From: an uncultured Methanosarcinales archaeon
GTDB taxonomy: Archaea > Nanobdellota > Nanobdellia > Woesearchaeales > UBA10216
DNA length: 34,051 bases
Assembly (NCBI GenBank): GCA_964374085.1
Contig: CAYJXD010000001.1
Coordinates: forward strand, 15,378-49,428
Direction: 5' to 3'
Every line of letters begins with the position of its first letter. The stretch's first letter is position 1. A program made the position numbers and the translations under genes. This document shows, in pieces, positions 7,651 through 15,826 of this stretch. The notes beneath the pieces are model-generated. The model worked only from the letters and a program-made list of their open reading frames with translations. It made no database searches and was not told the DNA's origin.

Positions 7651-8670
7651 ATGACAGCTTCGAGGAGAGCTTTACTTGCCACAGGGCTTGCTGGGCTTGT
7701 TGCAGCTACTACTCCTCTATCAACGTTTGCCGATGACTGGTATAATGAACGGCAAAAAGTTGAATGGGATTTGGGAATTTCTCCAATGCCTCCTGTTGAA
7801 AGGGCACTGCCAAACGAGAAGAAATACGCAAAGCTACAGCCCCATGCCCCTGTTGATCTCGACAAGGATGATTCTGGCCTTGTCTCAAGGCTCGGGGCGC
7901 ATTTTGTTGAGAAAGGGGCAATCCAGAAAGGGTTTGAGGTTCAGGATAAGATGGGATTGGAAGTGACAAAGTTCACATATGGCGCAGCCCTTGTAGATCC
8001 TGCCGCACTTGAGCTCCACTGCAGGGAATCAGTTGGCTTCCTTTATTCCAGGATTAGAAATCTTCCCAAGCACAATCTTAAATGGACTCCTGTTGTTCCG
8101 GGAACAGATTATTCCGGAAAGTATAATGAAAGGGCTTTTATCGGGCATGGAAGGCCTGTAGTTCATACCATTGATGCAATTGCAAAGGACGGCAGGAAAT
8201 TCTCGCACTTGGATGCAATTTATGACCCAAAGAGTGCTTTTGTTCCTGTTGAGATTAGCGAGAAAAAGGTTGACTCATGGTATGTCTTCTTTTCGCCTGA
8301 ATCATTTGAAGCTGCAATCAGGGAAACCATCCAGATTACAACTGCGGCAAGGGCTCTTGAGCATTCCAAAGGAATCTGGTGGACAGTGATAGCCCAGCCG
8401 GCTGATTCAACAGCAACTGCGCTGGCTTATCTCGTTGCATATGACCTTGCTGACCAGAAAGGATTCTATACATATAGGCAAGCAGCAAAATGGAAAATCA
8501 ATCAAAGGGCTTCCGAGTTTAGCACAGACTCAATGGCGCCCTGGATAATCCTCTGGGCGAAGAGGCAAGGGCCAAATGGCGCAGAGAAAGTCTTGGAAGC
8601 CTATTTTGATAACCCTGAAGAATTCCTGCAGAAAGTCGCTGACGAAACATATGGAAAAAAGGCGCCTTAA
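7651..8670 (+). CDS. hypothetical exported protein with a twin-arginine (Tat)-like signal peptide
   Basis: MTASRRALLATGLAGLVAATTPLSTFA/DD has S-R-R-x-L-L, an h-region and an AxA-like site. The TATA is 26-27 nt upstream. The mature domain is not recognised. Confidence 0.65.
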   Translation: MTASRRALLATGLAGLVAATTPLSTFADDWYNERQKVEWDLGISPMPPVERALPNEKKYAKLQPHAPVDLDKDDSGLVSRLGAHFVEKGAIQKGFEVQDKMGLEVTKFTYGAALVDPAALELHCRESVGFLYSRIRNLPKHNLKWTPVVPGTDYSGKYNERAFIGHGRPVVHTIDAIAKDGRKFSHLDAIYDPKSAFVPVEISEKKVDSWYVFFSPESFEAAIRETIQITTAARALEHSKGIWWTVIAQPADSTATALAYLVAYDLADQKGFYTYRQAAKWKINQRASEFSTDSMAPWIILWAKRQGPNGAEKVLEAYFDNPEEFLQKVADETYGKKAP

Positions 8671-8677
8671 AGCCTGC

Positions 8678-9073
8678 CTAAATCCCAAGCCCGTCATCAA
8701 TCTTCCTTGCCATCTCTTTCATTTCCCTCATTGCCTTGTCAATGTCCCTTTCCAAGTCATCCATAAGTATTTCCAGGTTGCTTTCCCTTAGCCTGTAGCG
8801 CCTTCTTTCGGTTATGACTATTCCTGATTCCATCAGCCTGTTGACATGGTGCATTACAGTTCCCCTGCTGAGCTTTGTGTTGTGGGCTATGTCGTCTGAG
8901 GACAGCGGCCTGTGCACTTTTGTGCTTTTCAGCAGCTCTATGAAAATCCTGTAGCATGAGCTGTCCTTGTCTCGCAGGCTGAAAAGCCCAAGGGAGCTGC
9001 CAAGCCATCTTATCTCGTCATTGATGCTCCCTTCCCTAACCCGCCCTGTCCTTACAATGACTATCCTTGCCAT
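8678..9073 (-). CDS. winged helix-turn-helix transcriptional regulator, divergent from grpE
   Basis: LSSDDIAHNTKLSRGTVMHHVNRLMESGIVI is an HTH with a wing, followed by a coiled C-terminus. The TATA is about 28 nt upstream. Confidence 0.75.
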   Translation of the reverse strand: MARIVIVRTGRVREGSINDEIRWLGSSLGLFSLRDKDSSCYRIFIELLKSTKVHRPLSSDDIAHNTKLSRGTVMHHVNRLMESGIVITERRRYRLRESNLEILMDDLERDIDKAMREMKEMARKIDDGLGI

Positions 9074-9153
9074 TTTATGCTGTGTGGCTTTCCTGCATTT
9101 AAAAAACTTTTCAGAAACCTTTAAATAGTTGCGGTAGATTCCAAACCTACTTG

Positions 9154-9170
9154 GTCGAGCTTAGCTCGAC
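9154..9170. promoter_or_regulatory. perfect 17-bp palindrome GTCGAGC-TTA-GCTCGAC between the grpE TATA box and the grpE ATG
   Basis: Read directly from the sequence. TATA tttaaata is at 9120-9127 and the ATG at 9179. The palindrome therefore overlaps the expected transcription start and 5' leader. Confidence 0.5.
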
Positions 9171-9178
9171 AATCATAT

Positions 9179-9724
9179 ATGGTGAGGCAGGCTGTTATGA
9201 AAAACCCAGAAAACCCCCAGGAGTTGGAGAACGGTTTTGAGGAACTTAAGCAGCAGGCTGAAACCTACAAAGACCTCCTTCAAAGGCTGCAGGCTGACTT
9301 TGAGAACTACAAGAAGCGCTCTGAGAAGGAAAATGAGGAGCTCAGGCAGTATGCAATTGCCAAGTTCATTTCAAGGATGCTTCCTGTGATTGACAGCTTT
9401 GAAATGGCACTGAAAAGCGCCAATAAAAGTGAAGGCAATGTGCAGTTTGTTGAGGGAGTAAAGATGATATACGCGCAAATGCATTCACTCCTGGAATCAG
9501 AAGGGCTCAGGAAAATCAACAGTGCTGGCGAAAAATTCAATCCGCACTTGCACGAAGTGCTGATGGCAGAGGATGTTGAAAGTGGCAAAGACAATACGGA
9601 CGATATCGTGCTTGAGGAATTCCAGAAGGGATACATGCTAAAGGATGCGGTGCTGAGGCACAGCAAGGTAAAGGTTGGATCAAGGCCAAAAGCAGAAAAG
9701 CCTGTTGAGGGTAAAAATGATTAA
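9179..9724 (+). CDS. grpE: nucleotide exchange factor GrpE
   Basis: LQRLQADFENYKKRSEKE, the coiled N-terminus and the C-terminal GYMLKDAVLRHSKV are typical of GrpE. Confidence 0.93.
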   Translation: MVRQAVMKNPENPQELENGFEELKQQAETYKDLLQRLQADFENYKKRSEKENEELRQYAIAKFISRMLPVIDSFEMALKSANKSEGNVQFVEGVKMIYAQMHSLLESEGLRKINSAGEKFNPHLHEVLMAEDVESGKDNTDDIVLEEFQKGYMLKDAVLRHSKVKVGSRPKAEKPVEGKND

Positions 9725-10031
9725 TGCTCATGAAAAAAGGCTGGAAGAACTGGCATCTCTGCCATGGAAATATTATGAAGCGATGAATGGCACTTTTCCA
9801 TCAATTACATTAAGGCAGGCATTGGCAGACTATATAGGCGCAAGAATGACAGAAAGCGATTTTCCACGGGTGTGCTTTTCGTGCACGGATATTACGCCGG
9901 GAACTTTTTTGGAAATAGTGGTGGAAGACGCAACAATTAAAGGAAGCCCAAAAGCAGTTTATGGGTTCCACAGGGAATGCTATGAAAAGCTTGCAATTGG
10001 AAAAAAAATGAACAATCAAGGTGATGAATAA
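9717..10031 (+). CDS. small hypothetical protein with CxxC...HxxC (possible zinc-binding), inserted between grpE and dnaK
   Basis: ATG 9717 overlaps the grpE stop. It ends 1 nt before the dnaK ATG. CFSC and HREC are about 35 aa apart. No family recognised. Confidence 0.55.
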   Translation: MINAHEKRLEELASLPWKYYEAMNGTFPSITLRQALADYIGARMTESDFPRVCFSCTDITPGTFLEIVVEDATIKGSPKAVYGFHRECYEKLAIGKKMNNQGDE

Positions 10032-10032
10032 A

Positions 10033-11874
10033 ATGGCAAAGATAATTGGGATTGACTTAGGAACCAGTAACTCTGCAGCTTCTTTTCTCGAGGCAGGGAA
10101 GCCGAAAATAATACCTTCAGCAGAAGGAGCAACGCTTCATGGGAAGGCATTCCCTTCTGTTGTTGCGTTCACAAAGGACGGGCAGATTCTTGTTGGAGAG
10201 CCGGCAAGAAGGCAGGCTGTGAGCAATCCAGAAGGGACTGTCATGGCTGCCAAGAGGAGGATGGGCTCGAGTCATAAATACAAGGTGCTTGGGAAAGAAT
10301 ACACCCCCCAGCAGATTTCTGCTTTTATCCTCCAGAAAATCAAGAAGGACGCAGAAGAGTTTCTTGGGGAAAAAATCAGCAAGGCAGTAATAACAGTGCC
10401 TGCATATTTTGACGACAACCAGAGGCAGGCAACAAAGGATGCAGGGGCGATTGCAGGCCTTGAAGTTGTACGCCTTGTAAATGAGCCGACAGCAGCTGCT
10501 TTTGCATACGGCATTGAAAAGGTTGGGAAGGTCCAGACAGTTATGGTTTTCGACCTTGGCGGCGGAACGCTTGATGTAACAATAATGGAGATGGGAGAGG
10601 AAGGCGTGTTTGAAGTCAAGTCAACAAGCGGAGACACGCAACTGGGCGGAACAGACATGGACCGCGCGCTGACTGATTTCCTGCTCAAGGAATTCAAATT
10701 GAATGAGGGCATTGACTTGGGCAAGGACAAGGTTGCGATGCAGCGCCTTTCAGAGGCTGCTGAGAAGGCAAAGATTGAGCTCTCAACAACATTGGAGACA
10801 GACATAAACCTGCCTTTCATAACCGCAAACAACGAGGGGCCAAAGCATTTCACTTACAGGCTGACAAGGGCAAAGTTTGAAAGCCTTATTTCGCCGATAG
10901 TGGACAGGTGCTCGAGCCCGATTCAGCAGGCAATTGCTGACGCAAAGCTCAAGCCCGCTGACATTGCAAAAGTGATTCTGGTCGGAGGCCCAACAAGGAT
11001 TCCCCTTGTCCAGAGGTTTGTGGAAAGCCATACAGGCAAGAAGCTTGAGAGGGGAATTGACCCGATGGAATGTGTTGCAATGGGTGCAGCCATACAGGGC
11101 GGGATACTTGCAGGAGACGTGAAGGACGTCCTCCTTTTGGATGTAACCCCTCTTTCATTGGGAATTGAAACCCTTGGGGGAATATTCACAAAGCTTATTG
11201 ACAGGAACACAACAATCCCGACAAAGAAAAGCCAGGTGTTCTCAACAGCGGCTGACAACCAGCCTGCTGTGAGCATCAAGGTGTTACAGGGCGAAAGGCC
11301 AATGGCTGCAGATAATAAGATGCTTGGCCAGTTTGATTTAGTGGGAATCCCTCCAGCACAGAGAGGCATACCCCAGATTGAAGTGTCCTTTGACATAGAT
11401 GCAAATGGGATTGTGCATGTAACTGCAAAAGACCTTGGCACGCAAAAGCAGCAGTCCATCAGGATAACTGCAGACCACAAGCTTTCAGAGGCTGAGATTG
11501 GGAAGATGAGAAAGGATGCTGAAGAATATGCCGAGGCAGACCAGAAAAGGAAGGAAGAGGCAGAGCTTGTGAATGAAGCTGATACAATGGTTTACTCCAC
11601 AGAAAAGCTTTCAGAGGAAATGAAAGGCAAGGTTTCCGAGGAAAAGCTTTCCAGCATAAGCGCAAAGGCAGATGAGCTGAGGCAAATGCTGAATAATCCG
11701 GACAAGGACCTCTCATCTGTCCGCTCATTGAAAGACGAGCTGGGCAGGCTGGTTCAGGAGGCAAGCGCAGAGCTCTACCAGAAAGGCTCCCAAGCCCAGC
11801 AATCTGAGGAAAAAACCGAAACAGATAAAAAAGAAAAGGTAGTTGATGCTGAATACAGTGAAAAAGAGAATTAA
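10033..11874 (+). CDS. dnaK: molecular chaperone DnaK (Hsp70)
   Basis: [31 protein letters not shown] and the substrate-binding and lid regions. I preferred ATG 10033 (AAGGTGA upstream, no overlap) over the listed GTG 10021. Confidence 0.98.
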   Translation: MAKIIGIDLGTSNSAASFLEAGKPKIIPSAEGATLHGKAFPSVVAFTKDGQILVGEPARRQAVSNPEGTVMAAKRRMGSSHKYKVLGKEYTPQQISAFILQKIKKDAEEFLGEKISKAVITVPAYFDDNQRQATKDAGAIAGLEVVRLVNEPTAAAFAYGIEKVGKVQTVMVFDLGGGTLDVTIMEMGEEGVFEVKSTSGDTQLGGTDMDRALTDFLLKEFKLNEGIDLGKDKVAMQRLSEAAEKAKIELSTTLETDINLPFITANNEGPKHFTYRLTRAKFESLISPIVDRCSSPIQQAIADAKLKPADIAKVILVGGPTRIPLVQRFVESHTGKKLERGIDPMECVAMGAAIQGGILAGDVKDVLLLDVTPLSLGIETLGGIFTKLIDRNTTIPTKKSQVFSTAADNQPAVSIKVLQGERPMAADNKMLGQFDLVGIPPAQRGIPQIEVSFDIDANGIVHVTAKDLGTQKQQSIRITADHKLSEAEIGKMRKDAEEYAEADQKRKEEAELVNEADTMVYSTEKLSEEMKGKVSEEKLSSISAKADELRQMLNNPDKDLSSVRSLKDELGRLVQEASAELYQKGSQAQQSEEKTETDKKEKVVDAEYSEKEN

Positions 11875-12288
11875 ATGGTAAGCAGGCTCAAAGTTGCGGT
11901 AACCACGCTGCTTTTGCTGCTGGTTTTCGGGACAGTCATTTACCACATGGCAGAGGGGTGGACTTGGATTGACTCGTTTTATTTCACAAGCGTCACATTA
12001 AGCACGATTGGGTATGGCGACATCCATTCGACAACTCCAGGAACAAGGCTGTTCACAGCGTTTTTTGCACTGAGCGGGGTCGGGATAGCCCTTTACACCC
12101 TGTCGCTTATCGGCGGCGACTATGTTGAGCGAAGGGAAAAAGCGCTGATGGAAAGGATGAACCAGGAGTCAGACAGAAAGTCAGAGTCAATTGCATCAAA
12201 AATATTGAAAGCTGACCAGCACTTTATGGCTGCTGACAAGCACGTGATGACACTCCTGGAAAAAATTGACGCGCGCATAAAGAAGTAG
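11875..12288 (+). CDS. two-TM potassium channel (pore-loop TIGYGD), short cytoplasmic tail
   Basis: TM1, then pore helix WIDSFYFTSVTLSTIGYGD, then TM2. The ATG directly abuts the dnaK TAA (TAAATG). Confidence 0.85.
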   Translation: MVSRLKVAVTTLLLLLVFGTVIYHMAEGWTWIDSFYFTSVTLSTIGYGDIHSTTPGTRLFTAFFALSGVGIALYTLSLIGGDYVERREKALMERMNQESDRKSESIASKILKADQHFMAADKHVMTLLEKIDARIKK

Positions 12289-12321
12289 GCTTATAAATTA
12301 AGCCAGAGTCACTTTCTCAAG

Positions 12322-13395
12322 ATGGCAAAGGACTACTACAAGATACTGGGCGTTGAAAAGAGCTCCTCAAAGGAGGAGATAAAGGCTGCTTACAGGAAGC
12401 TGGCCAAGAAATACCATCCAGACCTGAACAAGAGCCCAGACGCATCAGATAAGTTCAAGGAGATAAACGAGGCTGCCGCAATCCTCGGAGATGAAAAAAA
12501 GCGCGAGTCGTATGACCATTATGGAACCACTGCCGAGGGCTTCAGCGCTGGTGAAGGAGGCTTTGGGTTTACAGACTTTGGAAATGCAGGTGATTTTGGT
12601 TTTGACTTTGGCGAGATTTTTGACAGGTTCTTCGGGGGCGGATTCACTAACGAAACTAAAGGCGCTGACTTGAGGCATGACATCGAGATAACGCTGGAAG
12701 AAGTCAATGATGGGGCAAAGAAAACCATTGTCATTCCGAGGACTGAAAGCTGCGAAAAGTGCAATGGCACAGGAGCTGAATCATCCGGCGATGTCAAAAA
12801 ATGCCCTGACTGCAACGGCACAGGAGCCTTGAGGCGAATCCAGAGAATTGCGTTTGGAACATTTACAACTACAACAGTCTGCCCAAAATGCAGCGGCAAG
12901 GGAAGTGTAATATCAAATCCCTGCAGGGAATGCAGGGGCTGTGGAAATAATGTGAGGAACAGGCACATTGAAGTTTCGATTCCAGCTGGAGTTGATGACA
13001 GCTCAAGGCTGAGGCTGAGAGGACAGGGCAATTCAGGCCGGGTTCATGGAGACCTTTATGTTTTCATTCACGTTCTTGCCCACAAGCTGTTTGAAAGGGA
13101 TGGGAATGACCTGAACATTGAGATTCCAATTTCCTTCACACAGGCAGCCCTTGGCGCAGAGATTGATGTTCCGACACTAAAGGGAAAAGCAGCATTGAAG
13201 ATTCCACACGGCACCCAGCCAGGAACTGTCTTTGCAATGCGCGGAAAAGGATTGCCTGATGTCAGGACAGGGCATAGAGGAGACCAGAATGTTGCGGTCA
13301 AGGTCATCATTCCCGAGAGGCTTTCCAAAAAGCAAAAGCAATTGCTTGAGCAGCTTGCAAAGGAAGAGGGAAAGGGCTTTTTGAATTTGTTCTGA
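12322..13395 (+). CDS. dnaJ: co-chaperone DnaJ (type I Hsp40)
   Basis: J-domain with KKYHPD, a G/F-rich linker, four CxxCxGxG repeats and the C-terminal domains. It has its own TATA ttataaat (12291-12298) about 27 nt upstream. Confidence 0.97.
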   Translation: MAKDYYKILGVEKSSSKEEIKAAYRKLAKKYHPDLNKSPDASDKFKEINEAAAILGDEKKRESYDHYGTTAEGFSAGEGGFGFTDFGNAGDFGFDFGEIFDRFFGGGFTNETKGADLRHDIEITLEEVNDGAKKTIVIPRTESCEKCNGTGAESSGDVKKCPDCNGTGALRRIQRIAFGTFTTTTVCPKCSGKGSVISNPCRECRGCGNNVRNRHIEVSIPAGVDDSSRLRLRGQGNSGRVHGDLYVFIHVLAHKLFERDGNDLNIEIPISFTQAALGAEIDVPTLKGKAALKIPHGTQPGTVFAMRGKGLPDVRTGHRGDQNVAVKVIIPERLSKKQKQLLEQLAKEEGKGFLNLF

Positions 13396-13437
13396 GCAGC
13401 AAAATCTTTTTAATACACTGCTTCTAGCTTCACTCCA

Positions 13438-14373
13438 ATGGTTGACTTTTTCGCCATCGGTCTCACTGTTTCAGGCCTTGTCCTTTTCGAGATAATCAGC
13501 AGCATAGACAACGCCATAATAAATGCTGAAGTCCTGACAACAATGCAGGAGCGAGCGCGCAGATGGTTCCTGCTTTGGGGCCTGCTTTTTGCCGTGTTCA
13601 TAATAAGGGGATTGCTTCCGTGGCTCATTGTGTATGCAACTGTGCCCTCGCTTGGTCCAATCGGCGCCTTCACAGCCACATTCAGCTCAGACCCAAAAGT
13701 CCACGAGGCAGTTGAACTCGCCGCACCGATACTTTTGGTTGGGGGCGGAACATTCCTTGTTTTCCTTTTCTTCCACTGGCTCTTCCTTGAGCACAAGAAC
13801 TATGGGCTTGTTGGAGAGAAGTTCTTCAGGAAGCAAAGCGTGTGGTTTTTCGCTATTGTTTCTGTCCTTCTTGCGGCAATTGTTTGGTTTGCATTGAAAA
13901 AGAATCCTTACATGGCGTTCGCTGCGGTCATAGGCTCAACAGTATTCTTCATAACCCATGGCTTCAAGTCCAACGCTGAGCAGGAGGAAACAAAGCTGAT
14001 GGAATCAGGAAGGTCTGACCTGAGCAAGGTGTTTTACCTTGAAGTCATTGACGCGACTTTTTCAATTGATGGCGTCCTTGGGGCGTTTGCATTCACGCTC
14101 TCTGTCCCGCTTATTCTCATAGGCAATGGCATCGGCGCAGTTGTTCTCAGGCAGATGACTGTCAGCAACATCGGCAGGATAAAGAAATACCGCTACCTGA
14201 AGAATGGGGCAATGTATTCAATATTGTTCCTTGGAATGATAATGCTCCTTGACGCTTTCGGCTTCAATATCCCCAGCTGGCTTTCCCCAATAATCACTTT
14301 CGGCGTTGTTGGGTATTTCTTCCTCAAGTCAAAGAAAGACATGTACAAGCCAGTCTACAGGGGGCACTATTAG
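13438..14373 (+). CDS. TerC-related / DUF475-family integral membrane protein
   Basis: Polytopic, with duplicated motifs EIISSIDNAIINA and LEVIDATFSIDGVLGAFAFT. Confidence 0.7.
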   Translation: MVDFFAIGLTVSGLVLFEIISSIDNAIINAEVLTTMQERARRWFLLWGLLFAVFIIRGLLPWLIVYATVPSLGPIGAFTATFSSDPKVHEAVELAAPILLVGGGTFLVFLFFHWLFLEHKNYGLVGEKFFRKQSVWFFAIVSVLLAAIVWFALKKNPYMAFAAVIGSTVFFITHGFKSNAEQEETKLMESGRSDLSKVFYLEVIDATFSIDGVLGAFAFTLSVPLILIGNGIGAVVLRQMTVSNIGRIKKYRYLKNGAMYSILFLGMIMLLDAFGFNIPSWLSPIITFGVVGYFFLKSKKDMYKPVYRGHY

Positions 14374-14433
14374 TTATTGGTTTTTAGTTTATAGTAATTA
14401 GTTTTTTATACATCCTCATTTAATTCTCCAATT

Positions 14434-15243
14434 ATGGGGGAATTAAGGGTGAAGGATTTCAGCCTGAAAAACACTCTGGAGTGCGGCCAGGTGTTCAGGT
14501 TTGATGAAATCAGGGGCTGGCATTATCTTGTTGCCGGCGACAATGTGCTCAAGCTCAGGCAGTCAGGAAACAGGCTGCTCTATAATTCAAGCAGAAAGCT
14601 TCCAAAAAGCTACATTCTTAACCTCTTCAGGCTTAATGACCAGTATCCGTTGATTCTAAAAGAAATATCAAAAGACAGCAGCATGAGGAAGGCAATAAGC
14701 TCAAGCCCCGGCATAAGGATAATGAAACAGGACCCTTGGGAATGCACTATCAGCTACATCTGCTCTGCACACACTTCTGTCAAGGGTGTAAAGAAAAGAG
14801 TCAACAACCTGGCTGAAAAGTTTGGAGACAGGATTGAATTTGATGGAATGGACTTTTATTCATTCCCAAAATCGCTTGGGACTGTTGAGCAGCTCAGGGA
14901 ATGCGGGCTTGGCTTCAGGGCAAAGAACTTGTTCAGGACCCTGCAGATAATCAACAGCAAAAAACTGGATGGGCTGAAGGGCAGGAGCTACAGTTCTGCA
15001 AAATCAGAGCTTGTAAAGCTGCATGGAGTTGGCGACAAGATTGCAGACTGCATAATGCTTTACTCGCTTGGCTTTCTCCAGGCATTCCCTGTTGACAGGT
15101 GGATAAAAAGAGCTGTGCAGGAGGCTTACTTTGAAAGCAGGAATGTGCCAAACAGCGTCATAGCGGGCTTTGGCCAGGCTTACTTTGGGAAATACGCAGG
15201 CTATGCCCAGCAGTTCTTATATAATTACAGGAGAAACATTTAA
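14434..15243 (+). CDS. ogg: 8-oxoguanine DNA glycosylase/AP lyase (OGG1 family)
   Basis: N-terminal LECGQVFRF; HhH-GPD with HGVGDKIADCIML (catalytic Lys) and PVDRW (Asp). Confidence 0.88.
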   Translation: MGELRVKDFSLKNTLECGQVFRFDEIRGWHYLVAGDNVLKLRQSGNRLLYNSSRKLPKSYILNLFRLNDQYPLILKEISKDSSMRKAISSSPGIRIMKQDPWECTISYICSAHTSVKGVKKRVNNLAEKFGDRIEFDGMDFYSFPKSLGTVEQLRECGLGFRAKNLFRTLQIINSKKLDGLKGRSYSSAKSELVKLHGVGDKIADCIMLYSLGFLQAFPVDRWIKRAVQEAYFESRNVPNSVIAGFGQAYFGKYAGYAQQFLYNYRRNI

Positions 15244-15268
15244 AAGCAGGCAGCTGCATTGTTGTTCT

Positions 15269-15775
15269 ATGAAGAAAAAAAAGCCATCCCCGGCAAAGGC
15301 TGCTGGAGTCCAAGGCAGGGCTGCCAAAGGCACCCAATCAAAGTATGCTGGCTTCTGGATAAGGCTTGCTGCATCACTTATTGATGGCCTAATACTTATG
15401 GCCGCAATATTTATTTATGCAATGCTTGCCATCATTCCTGTGATAATGTTCGGTGACCCCTTTAAGTCAGGCAGTTTATTGCTTGCCCTCTTTTTTATCC
15501 TTGTTATATTTCTTGGTTTCTTCCTCTTAATAATGTATGAAATCTGGTTCACCAAGAAGAAAGGAGCAACGCCAGGTAAGATGGCTGTCGGCATAAAGGT
15601 CGTGAAGTTAGACAGCTCAAGGATTGGATGGGGAGATTCAATAGTCAGGTATCTTGTCAAGTCCATCGGAAGCAGCTGGATTGTTCTTTACCTTGGCGTC
15701 CTGTGGATTATCTGGGACAAGAGGAAGCAGGGCTGGCATGACAAGGCAGCTGGGACTGTTGTAGTCTACAAGTAG
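15269..15775 (+). CDS. RDD-family membrane protein
   Basis: YAGFWIRLAASLIDGLIL...PGKMAVGIKVV...WHDKAAGTVVV. I used ATG 15269, because the listed upstream start overlaps ogg. Confidence 0.8.
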   Translation: MKKKKPSPAKAAGVQGRAAKGTQSKYAGFWIRLAASLIDGLILMAAIFIYAMLAIIPVIMFGDPFKSGSLLLALFFILVIFLGFFLLIMYEIWFTKKKGATPGKMAVGIKVVKLDSSRIGWGDSIVRYLVKSIGSSWIVLYLGVLWIIWDKRKQGWHDKAAGTVVVYK

Positions 15776-15826
15776 CTGACCGCAATGTTTTTAAGGCTTC
15801 TTTAGGAAAGCAGTGCTGGGTGCTAG

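Noticed and set aside
9074-9178. Bacterial CIRCE element (TTAGCACTC-N9-GAGTGCTAA) upstream of grpE
   Set aside because: I looked for it because the hsp70 locus is of bacterial type. It is not present, and the only inverted repeat (GTCGAGC-TTA-GCTCGAC) is unrelated in sequence and spacing.
10272-11480. Minus-strand ORFs of 193 and 185 aa inside dnaK
   Set aside because: They are antisense shadows of a highly conserved gene. They are Ser/Pro/Ala-rich with no start context.
12519-13031. 170-aa minus-strand ORF inside dnaJ
   Set aside because: It is an antisense shadow of the dnaJ Gly/Cys-rich region. It is Pro/Ser-rich and has no promoter.
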